Positions 30,317 through 40,540 of a DNA stretch of 64,000 nucleotides are shown here, in pieces (position 1 is the stretch's first letter; the number at the start of each line of letters is the position of its first letter). Below the pieces are notes generated by a model. That model was not told the origin of the DNA and ran no database searches. It saw only the letters and a list, made by a program, of their open reading frames with translations. The DNA comes from an uncultured Nitrososphaerota archaeon (GTDB taxonomy: Archaea > Thermoproteota > Nitrososphaeria > Nitrososphaerales > CADDZS01), in NCBI GenBank assembly GCA_963799845.1, contig CAWCYI010000004.1, positions 1,408,001 through 1,472,000 on the forward strand, given 5' to 3'. Made by a program: the position numbers and the translations under genes.

Positions 30317-30670
30317 CTAATTCTTGTTTAGATTCTCTTTTACCCTATACTTTACAATTTTCCGCACCATGGCAAATGGAATCGGTTTATCTATCGGAAA
30401 CTGGACTGTACCTCTTGCTACCTTGTACTGCGACAACTCTTTCTTGAATGCTTCAATACCTGATGAAGTGGGGTAGAATCCAATATGATTTTTGAACGCG
30501 CCGAAATGTACCAAGTTGCCATTTAGTTTGAATGTTGGTATTCGATAGCTGATCGCTTCTTGGGCTTCAGGGGCAGATTCTTTAATTGTTAGTCTAAGTT
30601 TTTCTAGAATATTTTGGACATTATCGGGGAACATGGAAATATATTCGTCTATGGTTTTGACTTGCTTCAT
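30317..30670 (-). CDS. DUF1801/YdhG-family protein
   Basis: Motifs IDEYI, ISYRIPTF, FKNHIGFYP and GTVQFP. Confidence 0.9.
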   Translation of the reverse strand: MKQVKTIDEYISMFPDNVQNILEKLRLTIKESAPEAQEAISYRIPTFKLNGNLVHFGAFKNHIGFYPTSSGIEAFKKELSQYKVARGTVQFPIDKPIPFAMVRKIVKYRVKENLNKN

Positions 30671-30680
30671 GTGCTACTTG

Positions 30681-32640
30681 TCACTCTTTCAAATCAGGAT
30701 CAAGACCATTCTTGATCAATACTTGGCGGTAGCGCGGATCTTTTCTTGCGCGTTCGAATAACGGCGAGTACCTGAAAACCATCGGATTGAAAACGTGTGT
30801 CTCCACGCACTTGAACATTGCATCAAAATATCCATCCGTATCACCTAGAAAGTATTTCATGTTGCCAACAAAGCGGTGGGCAGTAGCTTTGCCTTTGAAT
30901 TTCTGATTTAGTATCGTAATTGTTTCCTCCGCTTTTTTCCTGTCTCCGGTTAACGCCGATAGATATCCGCGCATGACGATCACTATGATATCTTCGGGCC
31001 GCGACCTTTCCATGAATTCAATTTCCTTTTCAGCCGCTTGATAGTCAGCTTTGATCAGATAGTAATCTGCCTTAATTCGGGAAGCTTCAAACGGATCGAT
31101 GAGACGGTTCTTGGTCCAGATGTCCTCCGCCTCCTTCTCCAGACCCATGAACACGTACATATGTCCCAGAAAACGGATCGGCACCGGATCCAGAGGATCA
31201 AGCTCATTAGCAGTTTCAAAGTTCCTGATTGCTTCATTTGGATACCCGTTCGTTGCCTTGATTAATGCAAGCATGGTATACCCATCAGAAGAACTGGGAT
31301 TGAGCTCTATCGCGAGCTTTGCTTCCTTTTCATCCGTGGCGAGATCATCTTCCACCCACGCAATCTTGGAAAGAAGCGAATGAACTTCTGCCAAGTCGGG
31401 ATTGGTGTCAACCGCTCTCTTCGCAGCCGAACGTGCCCCGGCCACCGACTCCTCGTAAGTCAGAAGACTCTTTGCCCCAAGCTCAATGTATGTCGAGCCC
31501 ATGTAGACGTAGGCACGTGTAAATGAAGGATCTAGTTTGACGGCTTCCACAAATAGGGCAAGGGCTTCGCGCAAGGAGCTTTCAGTCTTTTGATAGGTCA
31601 GCTGTCTCAGCTCTGAGAAAGTACGAGTATGCCGTGATATTATCTGTGTCTCTTTCCTGAGAGAAAGGAATTTTTTCATTTGTCACGCTGCTGGGCAGCG
31701 ATTTGACTATGCTGGAAGCGATGTCGCTCTGAACAGCAAATATGTCGTCAAGATCCTTGTCGTATCTGGAGGACCACAAGTGTTCCTCGGTTGCAGCGTC
31801 AATCAACTGTGCGGTGACCCTGATCCTGTTACCAGCTTTTCTCACACTGCCTTCTACAAGAGTTTGTACCCCAAGCTCACTTCCGATTTCAGATGCTTTT
31901 CTATCCTTCTTCTTGTAGTTCATTACCGATGTTCGCGCGATCACCCTCAACCCCTTCACCTGGGACAGGCGATCGATAATTTCTTCGGTCATTCCGTCGG
32001 CAAAATATTCGTCAGAAGGATCGGGACTGATGTTTGTAAAAGGCAGGACAGCGATTCTGTTACCAGATATCGGTTTTTTGCTTTGAAACGAAGTTGCTTG
32101 AACATCCCATGGCAGGATGATTTTGAACACATCAACAACGTATCGAACATTCTTTAGCTCCTTCTCTTCAAGCTTCAAAAATTGGTATGATACCTTGTTT
32201 CTAACTTGATCAAAGACCTGTTCCGAGATACATACTCCCTCTGGCGAAGCAAGCGGCTCTATCCGCGAGGCAATGTTTACAGCGTCACCGAAAATGTCTC
32301 CCTGCTTGTGTACCACATCACCGAGATGGATCCCTATTCTTAGCTTGATTCTCCACTCTTCCCGAGAGGAAGTATTGTAATCTCTCAAAAAAGTCTGAAT
32401 CTCGATCGCGCATTTTACCGCATCCACGGCACTGTCGAATTCGACAAGGAATGAATCACCTATCGTCTTGATTTCTTTCCCACGATGTCTGGATATGATC
32501 GGTCTGAGAAGTCGATTGTGCCTGTCTAATATTTCCAGAGCGAGTGATTCGTTTGACTGAGCCAGAGCGGTGTAGCCGACCATGTCGGTGAACATGATGG
32601 CCGCCAGCCTCCGTTCTTCCCTGCTAGTATCGACTGACAA
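30681..32640 (-). CDS. Class III adenylate cyclase + TolB-like + TPR protein (apparent frameshift at ~31600-31612)
   Basis: Cyclase motifs MFTDMVGYT, KTIGDSF, LRIGIHLGDV and DIFGDAVNIASRIE; IAVLPF..YFADGMTEE TolB-N motif; TPRs in the downstream frame. Confidence 0.9.
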
Positions 32641-32696
32641 GCGAATCTTCTGAATTGAATCCCATTATTACTTAAATTGGTTTGTTGTCTGAATTC

Positions 32697-32846
32697 TTAC
32701 TTTGCATGGCCGTACTTGTGAGGATCACTGTCAAACTTTGTCTTGCAAGCAGCCGAGCAGAAGTAAAATGTCTGTCCTTCATGCTCAGACTTCAGCTTCG
32801 TCTTCTTTTCATCTACCATCATTCCACATATTGGATCTTTCATCAT
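32697..32846 (-). CDS. YHS/TRASH copper metallochaperone
   Basis: MMKDPICGMMVD...YFCSAACK.KFD.DP.KY; divergent from the regulator and copA. Confidence 0.9.
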   Translation of the reverse strand: MMKDPICGMMVDEKKTKLKSEHEGQTFYFCSAACKTKFDSDPHKYGHAK

Positions 32847-32900
32847 AGCTCGGAACGACCTCTTGCGTAGTTCGAGAGGGGAAACTATTTCACATTTTGT

Positions 32901-32916
32901 CTTTACATTTGTAAAG
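32901..32916. promoter_or_regulatory. Palindromic candidate copper-regulator operator CTTTACA-TT-TGTAAAG
   Basis: Perfect 7-bp inverted repeat between the divergent chaperone and regulator genes. A degenerate copy lies at 33580-33595, upstream of copA. Confidence 0.6.
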
Positions 32917-32957
32917 TATTTATCACAGAACCGCACTTATTAGAATGAATCGCCAAA

Positions 32958-33584
32958 TTGAAACTCGATCCGATAGATCTCGTTATTTTGAAGGAACTCA
33001 ACACCGACGGTCGTGCGTCTCTCCGCCAGATCGCAAAGAAATCGTCACTTTCCACTCCAACTGTTTCGAGCAGGTTCGAGAGGATGAAGAAGGCCGGGCT
33101 GATTCAAAAGTTCATTCCGATCTTGAGCCCTGACGCATCAAATGATTCAAGTGTTCTGGCTTTCGTTACCCTTAGCGCGCCATCCTCTTCCATCGAAAGG
33201 ATCACGAAACAGCTAGAGGTCAAGCCCGGGGTGATCGGAGTCTTTGTCACAACCGGAGCCAACAATCTTATGATCAAAGTCAGCGTCCGAAACGCCCAGT
33301 CGTTGCAGCGATTCCTAACAAGCCCAGAATTCAGAAAACTTGGCGTCGAGGTGGCGAGCAGTCAAATTATTACCGAGACGGTGAAGGATGAGCGTCCTCT
33401 ACCGTTCACGGACGAGATTTACATGAAACTCTCCTGCGATCTCTGCAATGGCGAGATAACTTCTAACACACCTTATACGATCAGGGTAGCCTCGTCGAGA
33501 TACTATTTCTGCTGCAAGACATGCAAAGCAACATATCTCCAAAAGCACGGCGACAGAATCAGGTCAATCAACAAAGCGAATTAA
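32958..33584 (+). CDS. copR: Lrp/AsnC HTH + TRASH copper-responsive regulator (CopR/CopT-like)
   Basis: N-terminal Lrp HTH and a C-terminal CDLC...YFCCKTC TRASH domain. Confidence 0.85.
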   Translation: MKLDPIDLVILKELNTDGRASLRQIAKKSSLSTPTVSSRFERMKKAGLIQKFIPILSPDASNDSSVLAFVTLSAPSSSIERITKQLEVKPGVIGVFVTTGANNLMIKVSVRNAQSLQRFLTSPEFRKLGVEVASSQIITETVKDERPLPFTDEIYMKLSCDLCNGEITSNTPYTIRVASSRYYFCCKTCKATYLQKHGDRIRSINKAN

Positions 33585-33638
33585 CGTTTGTAAATGTGAG
33601 CCTTTAACCTCTAAATCCTTCTAATCTTCATTCAGACA

Positions 33639-35726
33639 ATGGCGATCGATCCAGTCTGCGGAATGTATGTCGAGGAATCTCCCGACACACTCCACGCAAC
33701 TGTCAGGAGGACAACATACTATTTTTGCAGCGAGTCCTGCCTGAATGAGTTCACAAGACCAGAGGTGGAGCTGCAGAGCATCAAGCGAAACATCGTCCTC
33801 AGCTTAGCGTTGGGCATCCCGATCCTCGTCCTCTCGTATGTCCCGGTGTCACTCCCATTTCCCCTTGGCTGGCTTCTCCTTGCGCTTGCAACGCCGGTGC
33901 AGTTTATCGCCGGGGCAAGGTTCTACCGCGGGACCTGGGACGCCATCAGGATGCGTTCCTCGAACATGGACGTGTTAATCGCGATTGGAACGTCCACGGC
34001 ATACTTTTATAGCCTCGCCTACGTTCTGTTTCCAAAACAGTTCCTGTACGGCGGACTGTACTTCGACAGTTCCGCGATAATCATTGCTCTAATCTTGATC
34101 GGAAGATTGCTCGAATTCAACGTCCGGGGGAAAGCCACCGACGCAATCCGAAAACTGGCCGAGCTGCAACCAAAGATCGCGATCGTAATTCGAGACGGCA
34201 TGGAAAAAGAAATTCCTATAGAACAGGTCGTCGAGGGAGACATCTTCATCGTAAAGCCGGGCGAAAGAATTGCAACCGATGGCGAAGTTATCGATGGAGA
34301 CTCTTCAGTCGACGAAAAAATGATCACCGGAGAAAGCATCCCCGTTGAGAAAGAGAAGGGGAACGCGGTCATCGGCGGGACTATAAACGGTCAGGGCTCT
34401 CTGAAGGTTAGAGCAACCAAAGTCGGCGCGGATACTACCCTCTCCAAAATCGTGAACGTGGTGCAGGGGGCGCTAACCTCAAAGGGACCTATCGAGAGGC
34501 TGGTTGACACGATTTCAAAGTATTTCGTCCCCATCGTCGTCTTCGTCGCACTGCTGTCTTTCGTTCTCTGGGTCTTCGTCGCTCACAAGCCTGTGAGCTT
34601 TGGTTTCACCACGGCAGTTGCGGTCCTGATCATTGCCTGCCCCTGCGCGCTCGGACTTGCGACTCCGGCCGCAATAGCAGTTGGAGCGGGGAAGGGTGCG
34701 GAGAACGGGATACTGATCAAGGGCGGAGAATATCTTGAGAGAACAGAAAAGATCGACACAGTAGTTTTCGACAAGACAGGTACACTGACCAGAGGCGAAC
34801 CTTCCGTGACTGACATACTCAATCTGAGTTCGGAATCATTTACTGACGATGAGATCTTGAAATTCGCAGCAATCGCGGAGAATCGGTCCGAGCATCCTCT
34901 CGCTTCTGCGATCATGAAGAAGGCAAAAGAAAAGTTCCCGAATCAATCGTTCGACGGAGCAGCGAACTTTGAATCCATTCCGGGCAGGGGAGTAAGGGCA
35001 ACTTACTCTGGCCATGAGATTTTATTTGGAAACACGAAGGTTCTGGAGTCTGAGCAACTTACACCGGCGATTGCAATGAAACTGGATGAACTCCGCGACC
35101 AGGGAAAGACGACCATGATTCTGATGGTAGATGGTTCTGTTGTAGGTTTGATCGCGGCCGCTGACACGATAAAAGAACATTCCAAAGAAGCAATCAGCGC
35201 ACTGCAGAAAATGAAACTCGAAGTGATGATGCTGACCGGCGATAATAAGCAGACCGCGGCTGCAATATCGCATCAGCTCGGGATTATGAGATTCATAGCG
35301 GACGTGCTACCGGAAGATAAGTATGAAGCAATCAAAAAACTACAGAGTGAAGAACATCGCAAGGTCGCAATGGTGGGAGATGGGATAAATGATGCACCCG
35401 CTCTGGCTCAGGCCGATGTCGGGATCGCAATGGGGTCTGGTTCCGACATTGCAATCGAAACTGGCGGGCTGATTTTGATGAAGGACGATCCGAGAGATGT
35501 CGTCGCGGGAATCCAGCTTTCAAGAAAAACCATGAGCAAGATAAAGCAAAACCTGTTCTGGGCATTCGTTTACAACGTCGGGCTGATCCCGGTTGCAGCT
35601 GGGCTGCTGTACATCATCGCTGGAATCCTGCTCAATCCCATCTTCTCGGGGTTTGCGATGGCGATGTCGTCGGTAACTGTAGTAACAAATTCTCTAACAC
35701 TGCGAAGATTCAAACCCAAGTTGTAA
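33639..35726 (+). CDS. copA: Cu(I)-translocating P1B-type ATPase with N-terminal YHS/TRASH domain
   Basis: Motifs DPVCGM..YFCS..C, TGES, CPC, DKTGT, SEHP, GDGINDAP, YN and MAMSS. Confidence 0.97.
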   Translation: MAIDPVCGMYVEESPDTLHATVRRTTYYFCSESCLNEFTRPEVELQSIKRNIVLSLALGIPILVLSYVPVSLPFPLGWLLLALATPVQFIAGARFYRGTWDAIRMRSSNMDVLIAIGTSTAYFYSLAYVLFPKQFLYGGLYFDSSAIIIALILIGRLLEFNVRGKATDAIRKLAELQPKIAIVIRDGMEKEIPIEQVVEGDIFIVKPGERIATDGEVIDGDSSVDEKMITGESIPVEKEKGNAVIGGTINGQGSLKVRATKVGADTTLSKIVNVVQGALTSKGPIERLVDTISKYFVPIVVFVALLSFVLWVFVAHKPVSFGFTTAVAVLIIACPCALGLATPAAIAVGAGKGAENGILIKGGEYLERTEKIDTVVFDKTGTLTRGEPSVTDILNLSSESFTDDEILKFAAIAENRSEHPLASAIMKKAKEKFPNQSFDGAANFESIPGRGVRATYSGHEILFGNTKVLESEQLTPAIAMKLDELRDQGKTTMILMVDGSVVGLIAAADTIKEHSKEAISALQKMKLEVMMLTGDNKQTAAAISHQLGIMRFIADVLPEDKYEAIKKLQSEEHRKVAMVGDGINDAPALAQADVGIAMGSGSDIAIETGGLILMKDDPRDVVAGIQLSRKTMSKIKQNLFWAFVYNVGLIPVAAGLLYIIAGILLNPIFSGFAMAMSSVTVVTNSLTLRRFKPKL

Positions 35727-35855
35727 TTTAGTAGTTTTGATATCCAGAAGGTTTTGGAGGACTGCAAAACCCCTTGAACTCCCTTCGCTAAAGGAAGCAA
35801 GAGAGCGCACGAAAGAGACCGAGTCGAGGATAGTTCGGACAAATAGGAGAAGCGC

Positions 35856-36083
35856 GTGGGTCTCCAGCCTCAAATGATCGCAAAGATTCGACTATACACC
35901 TATGTTGGCTTCCGCGTTCTCGTTGTGGCGTACGCTGTCTTTCTTTTCTCTTGGCTAGAGACAGTCTTTCGCACTCGGCAGTTCTCGATAGATATGGGAA
36001 TGTTGGTCTTTCCTGTCGTGATTGTTGCGTATCTCGCATTCTTCGAGATCTATCGTTTTACTCAAAAACTGACAAACCGATAG
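35856..36083 (+). CDS. Small 2-TM membrane protein
   Basis: Two hydrophobic helices. Confidence 0.5.
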   Translation: MGLQPQMIAKIRLYTYVGFRVLVVAYAVFLFSWLETVFRTRQFSIDMGMLVFPVVIVAYLAFFEIYRFTQKLTNR

Positions 36084-36114
36084 ATTTTATATCCAGAACC
36101 TACATTATATCGGT

Positions 36115-37167
36115 TTGACCGCAATGAACCAAACCGATAGACCGCATCTTTCCAAGACCTCTCCGTGGGATAAGGCCCTACGAGCAGTAGCAATCATCAG
36201 GGCTATTGGGAAGGCTAAACCCACAACGAGTCCGAGACTCACCAAAAAGATTTCGGAGCTTCTAGACGAACTCGCAGCCATTCGTAAAGACGACCCTCGA
36301 ATCATCATCAAACTCACCAAAAAGCTGCGTGTCAAGTATACTTACCATACTAATTCCATCGAGGGCAACACACTCACCGAGTCGGAGACACGGTCTTTCA
36401 TCGAGACTGGCATGACGGTCTCAGGCAAACCACTTCGAGACTTCACCGAAACTAAAAACATTCCAGAAGCTCTTAACATGATCATCGACATGGCGCAAGC
36501 GAACAAGCCACTAAGACTCTCCGATCTCCTAGACCTCCACAAGATCGTCGTCAAAGACACCGAGGAAGCGGAGCCTGGTTATTTCAGGAAAGGTTTTGTC
36601 AGGATAGGCAACAGTCCATACGTTCCACCACCAGTCTACGAGCTCGACAATCTCGTCGATGAAATGCTCACTTACTCCAACAATAACCCCGACAAGCTCA
36701 ACCCCTATGAGCTCGCCTTCAAGACCCATCTGTGGCTCGTATCCATTCACCCCTTTGAAGATGGCAACGGCAGAGTCACGAGACTCGTTGCGGGTCTCAT
36801 CCAACTAAGACACCACATGCCACCAATCATCATCAAGAGAGAACACAGGAGACGCTACTGGTCAGTTCTCAGGGCTACCCAAAAGCAAGAGGGTCTGAAG
36901 CCGTACTACGACTTTATGGCAGAGGAGTATATCGCAACCCTCATCGAATACGTTACAGCTGCGAGACAAACAGGTCCAGAAGACAACTTGGTTCCATTGG
37001 CAGAAGCTGCGAAGAAGTACAAGCTTGACACAGAATACTTGGGTCTTCTAGCGCGGACAGGAGTCATCAAGGGAATGAAGAACGGAGGTCGATGGATGAT
37101 AAGAGTCAAAGACATGGAAGACTATGTGGCTCATCGAAGAAAACCGAAAGCTAGAGAAAGAAAATGA
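36115..37167 (+). CDS. Fic-family AMP transferase with C-terminal HTH
   Basis: Canonical HPFEDGNGRVTR motif, N-terminal autoinhibitory-type TNSIEGN motif and a C-terminal excisionase-like HTH. Confidence 0.92.
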   Translation: MTAMNQTDRPHLSKTSPWDKALRAVAIIRAIGKAKPTTSPRLTKKISELLDELAAIRKDDPRIIIKLTKKLRVKYTYHTNSIEGNTLTESETRSFIETGMTVSGKPLRDFTETKNIPEALNMIIDMAQANKPLRLSDLLDLHKIVVKDTEEAEPGYFRKGFVRIGNSPYVPPPVYELDNLVDEMLTYSNNNPDKLNPYELAFKTHLWLVSIHPFEDGNGRVTRLVAGLIQLRHHMPPIIIKREHRRRYWSVLRATQKQEGLKPYYDFMAEEYIATLIEYVTAARQTGPEDNLVPLAEAAKKYKLDTEYLGLLARTGVIKGMKNGGRWMIRVKDMEDYVAHRRKPKARERK

Positions 37168-37588
37168 GGACATGGCACTTCCCGCTGCAATACGTCTGAA
37201 GCAGAAACACCCCACCAGAAAGCACCAGTCTCTTGGGAAGTACATCAGACACTAGCAATGATGTACCGTGGCCCAAGGTACTTGCGTCAAATAGCAGTGG
37301 GCATCCAGCCTCAATTTTGATGTCTTCGACACGAATAGCACCACCGTCAGTTCGAAATGCCGTAATCGTAATCTTGGCGCGAGGAAAGACCCCCCTAGGC
37401 TCAAAACAAAATAGATACAAATGTGAAGATCGATAAGAACATAAGCCCAGAGCCCAATGCAAAATATGGGATCGATTTTTTTCTGGCTCTCCGCCAATTG
37501 ATCTTCCAATCATCTTCATTGTCTGAGCCTGACAAATTAAATCAGTCCTTGATGATCCAGTAGCTAACTAGGAACTTGCAGTTTCCAT

Positions 37589-38232
37589 CTATTTCCGAAC
37601 AAGAGTCAAACAAAAATGTCCGTCCTTCTTCGTCAGTCGCTTAACGGTACATTTTTTGAATAATCCGACCAACTCGACTTTCAAGAAATGATGATGTGGA
37701 ATGTTCGCCTCCTCGCCCTTGGGACCATATTAGAGTGCCAGGCTCAACTGCAGTAGCGTGCGGGTTTTGGATTTTCTCGGATTTCGACCAGCTGAGGTAC
37801 CTCAACGTAAATGTATCCGCCCTTTCTCGTCACTCTCTCGATCTCGGTAGCGATTTTTCTGATCTTGTCACTGAAAGTATGGTGGAAGACCCTCATAACT
37901 AGGACACCGTCAAAAAAAGAACTAGCGTATGGAAAAGGGATGCCATTCATATCCCAGATCCTTAGTTTTGCACTAAGCCGTTCCTTATGCAATTCTTCTC
38001 TAGTGCGGCTTATCGCCTTTCGTGACCAGTCAAAACCATAAACATCGAATCCCAACTTGGCAAGATAGACCGTGTGCCTGCCTGTACCGCAGCCAAAGTC
38101 GAGTACTCTCGAAGCCCTTCTCCACTTTTTCAGCAGACTTGCTGCTAGGGAAACCACGCCTTGCTCTACCCGTCTGTCTGGATACCAATCGAGCCAAGTG
38201 TCCTTGATAACAGGTCGAGTTCTATGGGGCAT
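37589..38232 (-). CDS. Class I SAM-dependent methyltransferase (two apparent frameshifts)
   Basis: VLDFGCGTGRH motif. The frame continues after AGCT 37790 (VPSWSKSEK..EPGTL) and again after ~37718 (GEEANIPHHHF) to TAG at 37589. Confidence 0.8.
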
Positions 38233-38299
38233 ATTTAGGGATCTACGACCAGATGGACAATTTGAATCAGGATAGGTAACTCTCTAAGTGGTGAACGAT

Positions 38300-38452
38300 A
38301 TGTCTTTCCTTCTTATAATGATCAAGGGCGGCGAGTACCTCGAAAGGAATCAGAAGATTGACACGATTGTCTTTAACAAAGTTTGGGAGACTATCCCACT
38401 AACGTTTAGCTTCTTTCAACCTGCTGTAGTTTCTTTCCTGATACTCGCTTAG
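38300..38452 (+). pseudogene. Short fragment of a second P1B-ATPase phosphorylation region
   Basis: IMIKGGEYLERNQKIDTIVFNK matches copA ILIKGGEYLERTEKIDTVVFDK (34710-34775), with mostly third-position differences. Confidence 0.7.
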
Positions 38453-39097
38453 ACCTTCCATCGAGCAAAGCAGACCTTGTTCACGGATTTCTAGATCGTA
38501 CTGAGATTCAGGTGTTCGAATCATAGAAGAAATTTATCCCTGTTCGTCGGAAAAGTGATGTCGTGCTTTTTCTTCTAACCACTGACGGCTCTATTCGGTC
38601 GTTTCATTGCATGATAACCTCTTTGGAAGCTCTGGATCCATTCAATGTTGGAGTCTTGTTTGCCGAAGAGTTATAGTGATTAGCAATTTCGCAAGTGCCT
38701 TAATACTGAGTAAGGAAACCGAGCTCAGCGATCTTGAAACTCTTGGAACATTATGGTCGTCTTTCAATTCCAAGAATCAGCGAATTATCGAAATACTCCG
38801 AGCTGGAATGCGGTTTAAGACTGGGTAATCTAGTAGCGAAGTTCACACTCTTAAAAGTCCGAAAATTTGTTGTGTTTCGGGAAGGGGTGTAGTCGCTGGC
38901 GAATGGGTCATACCATCTTCAGCGCTCGCTCCTTCCCGCCTCATATTGCTCATGAACTGTCTGAAGTTTCGAGGGAAGCTTTGCTTTGGTCTATCGAATT
39001 TGGGCAATAACTGGGGAAAAATGATTGCACATTTCGCGTTAGAACTCTCCATTAAACGTCAAAGGTTATGACATCGTAACTAAGTAGAAGATGTGTA

Positions 39098-39406
39098 ATG
39101 AGCTCCGTTGAAAATACTTACAGAGAAGTAGCCAAATTTGTTTCACTAGCTCTCTCTGTCACTCCCAATACCAAAACTGAAGGTTATCTTGAAGAAGCTT
39201 GGAAACTAATTGAGACGCTTCCAGATAAGAATAAGCGTGGTTTTCGGTACACGTACCCTGAGATCTACGAGGCGATAACCGTGGGTATAAGGCCGACATT
39301 AATAGAAGCGATCAGGGATGAGCTTTCAGAGTTGACTCTGACTACAAAGGAAGACGTTGAATCCATAGAAAAAGATGTAGAGGAAATTGAAGAAGAGAAG
39401 AAATGA
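39098..39406 (+). CDS. Acidic helical hypothetical protein
   Basis: Clean 102-aa ATG ORF in an otherwise gene-poor stretch. Confidence 0.65.
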   Translation: MSSVENTYREVAKFVSLALSVTPNTKTEGYLEEAWKLIETLPDKNKRGFRYTYPEIYEAITVGIRPTLIEAIRDELSELTLTTKEDVESIEKDVEEIEEEKK

Positions 39407-39958
39407 GTGTGTTGCAGACAACCAGAAACGTGCTAGTTCAATAGCATGTAACACTGATGCCATCGTCATCGGAACCAGAGTTTTTCTAGGGGGTTCAACA
39501 GCGGATCTGGAAGATTATGCGTACGATCCTTGTCCATAAGGGTTAGAAAAATGAAAAGCATGCAAATGATCACAATCGCAGTACTTGGAGCATTCATTCT
39601 GGTTTCTGGCTTGTTGCAGCCATCTCTTCGTCACAAACTATTACATCTCAGACGACGCAGATAACCACAGTGATAAACGTTTACCTTGCTTTCCTCTTTT
39701 AGGGCATCGTGGAACTCTTTGACTAATTGTGTTGCAGAGTTCATTCGAGGCACCCTCAATAAGTAACTGAATTAAGGTTTCTGGTAACCGAAATTTCCAA
39801 TGTTCTTAGGTCTCACCTCAGACGATGGGCGGAATCTGGGTCTCAGGCATGAATTCACGAATCAGATCTTCAATCCTACATGTCGTAAATATCAGATCGA
39901 AGATTTTCAAAACGTTGTTTACAAGGAGAGCTTTGAGTGAAGTGGGTCAGGACATAAG

Positions 39959-40249
39959 ATGGTCAGAAACAAGCTAAAGGAAAATCAAGAAAGAGGGAAG
40001 CTAGGAGAGGAGGATGCTAAAAGGGACCTTGAGTTGATGGGATATGAAGTAATAAGAAAAGATACGTTAAAACGAGGCAGCGATTTCTTGGCAAGGCGTA
40101 CCAGTCCAGTTGATCTAAGATCCGAGATTTTCCCGGTCGAAGTGAAGACGGGCAATTCAAGACTCTCTCAGAATCAGACGGAGTCAAAGCAAAGATATGG
40201 GAGAAGGTACAAGATATTGCGCCCCGACTCTGATTTTTTGGACCAATAA
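39959..40249 (+). CDS. Small PD-(D/E)XK nuclease-fold protein (Hjc/YraN-like)
   Basis: Motif order G..GE....L...GY.V ... GSDF ... VEVKTG..RLS.NQ. Confidence 0.8.
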   Translation: MVRNKLKENQERGKLGEEDAKRDLELMGYEVIRKDTLKRGSDFLARRTSPVDLRSEIFPVEVKTGNSRLSQNQTESKQRYGRRYKILRPDSDFLDQ

Positions 40250-40540
40250 GGACAAAGGATTTCACTTCTAATTTCCTGACTGATGGTCAATTATCTCTTG
40301 AATTACACTTTGGATTCCATTCGTCTCCCTATTTGCTAACGCCCCGCACTTACTTGGGCAACAGAATTTTTCTACTCTTCAAGCCTGAATTTCGGAGCTG
40401 CAATATCAATCCTCAAAGATTTCACCGATATTGAGAGAAATTCGAGAGAATGAGATCGGAGTTTAGCTCTTTTTGAACCCTTTATTGCGGGAGATAATTC
40501 CTTTCATCTCTCAATACTGAAAAGAAGGATTGACAATATC

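Noticed and set aside
37151-37519. Two overlapping minus-strand ORFs after Fic
   Set aside because: No recognisable motif. They may be a decayed gene but cannot be supported.
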